The notes under the pieces were generated by a model. The model was given only the letters and a program-made list of their open reading frames with translations, was not told where the DNA came from and ran no database searches. This document shows, piece by piece, positions 58,556 to 64,000 of a stretch of DNA of 64,000 nt. The translations under genes were made by a program, and so were the position numbers. The stretch comes from Methanobacteriota archaeon (lineage in GTDB: Archaea > JAADCQ01 > Methanopyri > Methanopyrales > Methanopyraceae): NCBI GenBank assembly GCA_027064425.1, contig JAMOPO010000027.1:32001-96000 (forward strand), given 5' to 3'. Within the stretch, counting starts at the first letter, position 1. The number at the start of each line of letters is the position of its first letter.

Positions 58556-59171
58556 CCTCCCGGAGCCCGCGAAGCCGCTTACGCAGCCCCTCCAGGTACT
58601 CCTCCACCTTCTCCTCGTCCACGGGCTGTTTCCAGGAGCCCGCCAGCATGCACTTGGGCTCGGAGCCGCGCACGGACACGCGCCGTTCGATCAGCCCCTC
58701 GTACACCTCCTTCTTTTCCAGGTCCCAGACCGGGGCCAGGTACTCGACGCCGTACTCCTTGCACATCTCCTCCCAGAACTCCTTGGCGGCGGGCGTCTGC
58801 TCGGGGTAGTCTCGGGAGCGGCGGTCTCCGGTCACGATCACGTCCGGCTTCAGCTTCTCGAGCGCGTGGTACAGCATGCAAAACTTGCAGTCCAGGCACA
58901 CCGGGTTCCACCCGAACCTCAGGATCCTGCGCTCGAGCCCGCGCAGGCCCCAGCGGTGGAAGATCCCGTGCACGTCGAACACGCGCCACTCCAGCTCACA
59001 CTCCACCCGACGGCGGACCTGAGAGTAGTTGATCTTCGCCTTCTCGACGTTCAGCAGCACGCCGTTATCGTACGTGGCGAGGAGCATACGGTCCGGCTCC
59101 AGCTCCTCCCAGGCGAGCAGGGCGGCCAGGACGGAGTCAGGGCCACCGGAGAACAGGACGACGACGCGCAT
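58539..59171 (-). CDS. PP-loop superfamily ATPase
   Basis: LFSGGPDS, CLDCK, YPEQ, EPKCM. Confidence 0.75.
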   Translation of the reverse strand: MRVVVLFSGGPDSVLAALLAWEELEPDRMLLATYDNGVLLNVEKAKINYSQVRRRVECELEWRVFDVHGIFHRWGLRGLERRILRFGWNPVCLDCKFCMLYHALEKLKPDVIVTGDRRSRDYPEQTPAAKEFWEEMCKEYGVEYLAPVWDLEKKEVYEGLIERRVSVRGSEPKCMLAGSWKQPVDEEKVEEYLEGLRKRLRGLREATRSR

Positions 59172-59183
59172 TCCGGGACCCCT

Positions 59184-60362
59184 TCAGGACACCTCGAGCC
59201 CGTGCTCCTCGGCGATCTCGTGGAAGGCCTCGATCACCCGCTCCACCTGCTCCTCGGAGAGGCCGTACACGCTCAGCTTGATCGTCTTCGTCTGGCCGGG
59301 CTGGATCCCCGTGATCCCGCGCTCCTTGAGCTCCTCGTACAGGAAGTACCCCTTCCTCGGGTGCTCACGGGCGATCTTGTCGAACCCCGGGGTCTCAAAC
59401 TTCACGAGATCGTGCCGCTTGGGCCGCTCACCCAGCTGGCGGACGCCCTCGATCCGCTCGAGTTCCTCCACGAGCCAGCGCGTCTTCTCGACCTCCTCCT
59501 TCCACCTCTTGACGCGCTCGACCACGTGCGGGAAGCTGGCCATCATGGTGACGATCGGTGCGCCCATCACCGTGCAGCCGAGCAGCTCCACCTCCTTGTG
59601 CGGCCAGCTTCGCCCGGAGAAGTCGCCCTTCACTGAGGACCCGCGGAGCACCTCCTCCGCCCACTCCTCCCGCATCGCGAGGACGCCGCAGGGCGCACAG
59701 GCGGCCATGCCCTTGTGCCCGCTGCCGATCATGAAGTCCGGCTTGGGCTTGAGCTTGGAGAGGTCCATGCGTCCCATCGTGTAGGCGCAGTTGAGGACGC
59801 AGGGCACGCCCCGCTTTCGGCAGATCTTGATGAACTTCTCCGCGTCGGCCAGGTTCCCGTACTCGCTGTCCACGTGGGTGAGCAGCGCGAGCGCCGGCGG
59901 GTCCCCGGTCTCGTCCTCCACCTCGTCGAAGATCCGCTCGTACTCCTCCACCTTGACCCGGTACTCCGGGTGGCCCGTGTGCGGGACCTCCCGGACCTTC
60001 ACTCCCCATCGCTCCGCGGCGAGGAAGGTGGTGTAGTGGGCCAGGGCGTCGACGACCATGACGTCCCCCTCCTCGCACAGGGCCCCCACGACGGCCTCCT
60101 TCGAGTACCGGGCGCCGGCGGTCACGCGCGCGACGTCCATGCCCAGAAACTCGGCCAGATCCTCGTGGAACTGCTTGATCGGCGGCTTCTCGACCTCGTG
60201 AAGCAGGCCCTCGCAGAAGTCGCACACGCTGTACCCGTCGCCGAACTCGATGAGCGCCTTCTTGGCCTCGGGGGTGAGGACGCCGCCCCGCTGGATCGGG
60301 TTCACGTTGATGTATCGCCGCTCCGTGTCGCGGACGAGCCGGCGGTAGGCGTCCAGGTTCAC
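59184..60362 (-). CDS. pscS: O-phosphoseryl-tRNA:Cys-tRNA synthase (SepCysS)
   Basis: NPIQRGGVLT, GDGYSVCDFC, AHYT, GSGHKGM, ELLGC. Confidence 0.95.
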   Translation of the reverse strand: MNLDAYRRLVRDTERRYINVNPIQRGGVLTPEAKKALIEFGDGYSVCDFCEGLLHEVEKPPIKQFHEDLAEFLGMDVARVTAGARYSKEAVVGALCEEGDVMVVDALAHYTTFLAAERWGVKVREVPHTGHPEYRVKVEEYERIFDEVEDETGDPPALALLTHVDSEYGNLADAEKFIKICRKRGVPCVLNCAYTMGRMDLSKLKPKPDFMIGSGHKGMAACAPCGVLAMREEWAEEVLRGSSVKGDFSGRSWPHKEVELLGCTVMGAPIVTMMASFPHVVERVKRWKEEVEKTRWLVEELERIEGVRQLGERPKRHDLVKFETPGFDKIAREHPRKGYFLYEELKERGITGIQPGQTKTIKLSVYGLSEEQVERVIEAFHEIAEEHGLEVS

Positions 60363-60374
60363 GGGGCCGCCCCC

Positions 60375-60803
60375 TCAGAGGTCGACCACGTACTCGGCGA
60401 CCCACCGGTCGTCCTCTCGCTCGACCCGCATGTTGTGGTACGTGATCGCCTTGACCTCGGTGTGGAACGGGTGCCGGTCCGGGTCGTAAGGCTCCCCCTT
60501 CGCCGTACCGACCAGCCGCCACCCCTCGTCCGTCTCCTCCAGCTCCTCGACCTCGAACTCGGAGAACAGGAGGCCCTCCACCTCGTGCTGGAAGTGGATC
60601 TCCTCGAGCCAGTCGTGCAGTAGCTCCACCTCGTCCTCCGCCTCGGTCACCTCGATCCTCACCTCCTCCCTCGGCTCGACCGCGTCGAGGTCCGTGATCA
60701 GGTCGAAGAGCGCCTTGGCCGCGTCGACGAGCAGCTCCTCCAGCGAGTCCGCCCACACGCGGAAGGCCGCGTCCGCGGTGTGCTCGATCTCCTCCCAGGG
60801 CAC
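60375..60803 (-). CDS. Archease
   Basis: EHTAD, EVKAITYH, VDL; GTG start at 60803. Confidence 0.92.
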   Translation of the reverse strand: MPWEEIEHTADAAFRVWADSLEELLVDAAKALFDLITDLDAVEPREEVRIEVTEAEDEVELLHDWLEEIHFQHEVEGLLFSEFEVEELEETDEGWRLVGTAKGEPYDPDRHPFHTEVKAITYHNMRVEREDDRWVAEYVVDL

Positions 60804-60875
60804 TTGGAGCGCCCCCGGCCCGCGGAGGGAAAATACGAAAGAAATCCTTCGGTCGCCCGTGGGGGGCCGCCTCGC

Positions 60876-61130
60876 ATGTGTCTGGCCATTCCAGGGAAGA
60901 TCGTGGAGCTGCAGGGCGACCGAGCGATCGTGGACTTCGGAGGCGTGAAGCAGGAGGTGGACGTGAGCCTGCTGGAGGACGTGAAGGAGGGTGACTGGGT
61001 CATCGTGCACACGGGGTTCGCCATTCAGAAGCTCTCCGAGGAGGAGGCGAAGGCGTCCCTGGAGGTGTGGGAGGAGGTGCTCAAGCACGTGGAGGAGGAG
61101 CTGAAGCATGGAGAGGCGGAGGATGGTTGA
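60876..61130 (+). CDS. hypC: Hydrogenase maturation chaperone HypC
   Basis: MCLAIPGKIV, GDWVIVHTGFAI. Confidence 0.95.
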   Translation: MCLAIPGKIVELQGDRAIVDFGGVKQEVDVSLLEDVKEGDWVIVHTGFAIQKLSEEEAKASLEVWEEVLKHVEEELKHGEAEDG

Positions 61131-62157
61131 GCGCATCGTCCGGCGCATCCACCGGGAGGCCGAGAAGCTCGACCGCGAGGTCTCCATCATGCACGTGTGC
61201 GGCTCGCACGAGCGGACAGTCGTAGAGCACGGTCTCCGGTCGCTCCTCCCGGAGAACGTGCGCCTCGTTTGCGGGCCGGGCTGCCCGGTCTGCGTGACTA
61301 CGGCCGGAGAGCTCGCGGCCGCCATCGAGGCGGCGGAGGACGGAATGGTCGTCTGCGCGTTCGGGGACGTGTACCGCGTCCCGACCCCGCGCGGCTCGCT
61401 CTCATCCTGCGACGGGGACGTCCGGGTGGTCCAGAGCGCGCGGCAGGCGGAGCAGATCGCCGAGTCGGAGGATCGGGACGTGCTCTACCTGGCGGTGGGG
61501 TTCGAGACCACGGCTCCGACGACCGCGGCCGTGCTGCTCGACGACCCGCCGTCGAACCTGTACGTGCTCTCGGCCCACCGGCTGATACCGCCCGTGATGG
61601 AGTGGCTGCTCGAGCAGGGCGAGTGCGAGATCGACGCGTTCATCTGCCCCGGGCACGTGTCCACGATCATCGGCGAGCGGCCCTACGAGCCGATCGCGGA
61701 GCGGGCGCCCTGCGTGATCGCGGGGTTCGAGCCCGAGGACGTGCTCATCGCGGTCCTCGCGTGCCTCAGGATGGTCCGGCGGGGCGAGACCGGCCTGGTT
61801 AACGAGTACACGCGGGCGGTGAGGCCGGAGGGGAACCGGGTGGCGCTGAGGGCCATGGAGCGGGCCTTCGAGCCGGAGGACCGGCCGTGGCGTGGATTCC
61901 CCACGATCCCGGAGTCCGGGCTGGCGCTGCGGGAGGAGCTCTCCGAACACGACGCAAGCGAGGCCGGGATCGAGCCGGACTTTAGCATCGGCGCGCACGA
62001 GAGGTGCATCTGCGACCGAATCCTGCGAGGCCTCGCCACGCCCGAGGACTGCCCACTCTTCGGCAGGGAGTGCACGCCGACCAACCCGGTGGGCCCGTGC
62101 ATGGTCTCTGAGGAGGGGCCCTGCTTCATCAAGTACCGGTTCGGCGGAGGTGCGTGA
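61108..62157 (+). CDS. hypD: Hydrogenase maturation protein HypD
   Basis: MHVCGSH, GPGCPVC, GFETTAP, PGHVS, GPCMVS.EG.C. Confidence 0.96.
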   Translation: MERRRMVERIVRRIHREAEKLDREVSIMHVCGSHERTVVEHGLRSLLPENVRLVCGPGCPVCVTTAGELAAAIEAAEDGMVVCAFGDVYRVPTPRGSLSSCDGDVRVVQSARQAEQIAESEDRDVLYLAVGFETTAPTTAAVLLDDPPSNLYVLSAHRLIPPVMEWLLEQGECEIDAFICPGHVSTIIGERPYEPIAERAPCVIAGFEPEDVLIAVLACLRMVRRGETGLVNEYTRAVRPEGNRVALRAMERAFEPEDRPWRGFPTIPESGLALREELSEHDASEAGIEPDFSIGAHERCICDRILRGLATPEDCPLFGRECTPTNPVGPCMVSEEGPCFIKYRFGGGA

Positions 62158-62889
62158 ATGAGCGTTGATCATTGGCTGAGACGCCTGGAGAAGGCCCTGC
62201 GAGACGGCGAGAGGGATCGAATCCTGGACCCGGCCGCGGCCGTCGGCCTGGTGGTCTTCGCCCCCGTCGTCTCGACATCCGCCGTGGTGGTCACGGCGGC
62301 CGGATTCCTACGCGTCTCCGGTGCCTCCATCGGTCGGGCCGGGGACCTGGCGATACCGCTCGGGCTGCTGAACTTGGTGGTCTCCTTCGCGGTCGTGAAC
62401 GCCGTGCTCGCGTACCTGCTCGTGCGCGGGGTCAACTTCCATCTCGAGCGCTCGGAGCGGTTCTTCCGCGCGCTGGCTGAGGTGCTGTACGAGGCGGGGA
62501 TGATTTCGAGGCGGCGCTACCTCACCGTGACGCGCAAGCTGGGCGAGCTGGCGCGGGTCGAGAGGATGGACGAGATCCTGTGGGCGGTGGCGGGCCTGGT
62601 CACGCTCGGTCTCTCGTGCCTGTACGTCCTGTGCCGGGTGTACTGGCGCATGCACCGGCACGAGCGGAAAGAGGTCGCGATAGTGGAGTTGCTCGGGGAG
62701 CACCTCGAGGCGGGCCTGGAGATGCGACGGTGCGTGTCGTACGAGGGGGTGGGCTCGTACGCCCTGCTCTCCCTGCTCCTGCCACCGGTGTACCCGCTGC
62801 TCGTTTACCGCGTGTTCCGGGACCTGGACAGGCACCTCGCGGCCCACCGAGCGTTCGAGCGGGAGCTGGTCGAGCGGGTCTTCTCGTAG
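62158..62889 (+). CDS. Membrane protein (DUF4234-like repeats)
   Basis: Hydrophobic helices each followed by a basic/His amphipathic segment. Confidence 0.55.
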   Translation: MSVDHWLRRLEKALRDGERDRILDPAAAVGLVVFAPVVSTSAVVVTAAGFLRVSGASIGRAGDLAIPLGLLNLVVSFAVVNAVLAYLLVRGVNFHLERSERFFRALAEVLYEAGMISRRRYLTVTRKLGELARVERMDEILWAVAGLVTLGLSCLYVLCRVYWRMHRHERKEVAIVELLGEHLEAGLEMRRCVSYEGVGSYALLSLLLPPVYPLLVYRVFRDLDRHLAAHRAFERELVERVFS

Positions 62890-62904
62890 CCCGTCGTCTC
62901 CGGC

Positions 62905-63996
62905 TCACTCGCAGGCCTCCCGCCAGCGCTCGTACACTTCCTCGCACTTCCTCACCATGTCCTCCGGGGTCACCTCCCCGCGCGTCTTGAGGGCGGCCGC
63001 CAGCTGAGCCCCGCCGGCCCCGACCCCCTCCTTCACGTACCCTTTCTCGTACAGGGTGAACCCCCGGTACTTGGACTCCGAAAACCCCGGGTCGGCGGAG
63101 AACAGGGCGAACTCTCCCACCTGACTCAGCAGGTCCTGGATGTCGGAGTCCTCGTCCTCGACCACGTACTTGGTGGTGCCCACGAACACGCGACCGGGGT
63201 CGTACTCTCCCTCCTCAGACAGGCACGCGAGGATGGGTGCCATCTGCGTCCCACCGGCCAGCAGGACCGGGACCTTGGACCCCTTGATGATCCCGATCAC
63301 CGCGGGCATCATCGGGTCGCCGAACCGGCGGATGGCCTCGTGCGGGTCCACGTCTCCCGGCTCCACGCCCTGCGCTTCGAGCCCCTCGCGCACGACCCTC
63401 TCCTTGATCTCGTGCGGGGTCTCGTGCGAGCTGCTCGCGAATCGGCCGCTGACCTCGTACCCGAGCGCGGCCATCACCGCCATCGCAGTGGTCGTGCCGC
63501 CCGGCACGCTCTCCCCCACGGTCAGGAAGCCCACGTCCCGGCTCAGCTCGCGACCCAGGAGCCTCCCCGCCTCGATCAGGTCCTCGTACGTGTTCTCGGA
63601 CAGCGCCGGACCCTTCCGGAAGTCCCGAGCCACCTCCCCGCCGAGGTCAATGCAGGGGCACGCGGGCTCCACGGCAACGCCGGCGTCGGCGGGAAGGAAG
63701 GGGATCGAGGCCAGCTCCATGGCCGCCCGGGTGATCACGGCGGGGGAGGGCGCTCCCGACGGGTTCTGCGGAACGTCCTCCGCGTTCACGATCCGGTCCA
63801 GGCAGATCAGCTCCACGTCCCCGGCGGGCGTGTGTAGCGTTAGCTCCGGCGTTCTCCCGGCCGCGGAGATCCCCGGAATCAGGCTGATCTCCGTGTTCCC
63901 GATCACGCATATCAGGACCGTGCGCTCCCCTAAGCACGCCCGAAGGGCGTCGCGAACGGCCCTCCGGCTCCCGTAGGCTCGTATTCCCGGGAGCAC
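62905..63996 (-). CDS. cobT: Archaeal nicotinate-mononucleotide:base phosphoribosyltransferase CobT; start at the window edge is uncertain
   Basis: IPGISAAG, PSPAVIT, GESVPGGTTTA, LAGGTQM, KEGVGAGG. Confidence 0.88.
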   Translation of the reverse strand: MLPGIRAYGSRRAVRDALRACLGERTVLICVIGNTEISLIPGISAAGRTPELTLHTPAGDVELICLDRIVNAEDVPQNPSGAPSPAVITRAAMELASIPFLPADAGVAVEPACPCIDLGGEVARDFRKGPALSENTYEDLIEAGRLLGRELSRDVGFLTVGESVPGGTTTAMAVMAALGYEVSGRFASSSHETPHEIKERVVREGLEAQGVEPGDVDPHEAIRRFGDPMMPAVIGIIKGSKVPVLLAGGTQMAPILACLSEEGEYDPGRVFVGTTKYVVEDEDSDIQDLLSQVGEFALFSADPGFSESKYRGFTLYEKGYVKEGVGAGGAQLAAALKTRGEVTPEDMVRKCEEVYERWREACE

Positions 63997-64000
63997 CTCC

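Noticed and set aside
60804-61325. Apparent long N-terminal extension of archease
   Set aside because: It is the antisense frame of hypC/hypD; archease starts at the GTG at 60803.

Overview
High-GC, densely coding archaeal chromosome segment from a hyperthermophilic methanogen, most likely Methanopyrus (inference: all four tRNA genes encode C at position 8 and the CCA end; SepCysS, F420:NADP oxidoreductase, MptE, ArcS, Taw1 and lineage-specific secreted proteins are present). Most genes are housekeeping: tRNA modification, purine/pyrimidine/arginine synthesis, cofactor and ether-lipid synthesis, and hydrogenase maturation. There are four tRNAs (Trp with a box C/D intron, Cys, Ala, Ile) and at least five intergenic box C/D guide RNAs. 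No IS element, integrase or CRISPR array was seen. Best leads: (1) a 23-bp palindrome (ATCGTTACGA-N3-TCGTAACGAT) 6-8 nt downstream of all four tRNA genes and at two other sites; (2) a pelF-pelG-like exopolysaccharide gene pair plus a distant PelA/GH114-like hydrolase in an archaeon; (3) a catalytically degenerate MCM paralogue; (4) secreted proteins with a shared basic-(V/L)P-hydrophobic-Arg C-terminal tail, three of them clustered near a rhomboid protease; (5) two genes that appear to need non-canonical start codons. All protein calls are from motif recognition by eye, with no database searches.
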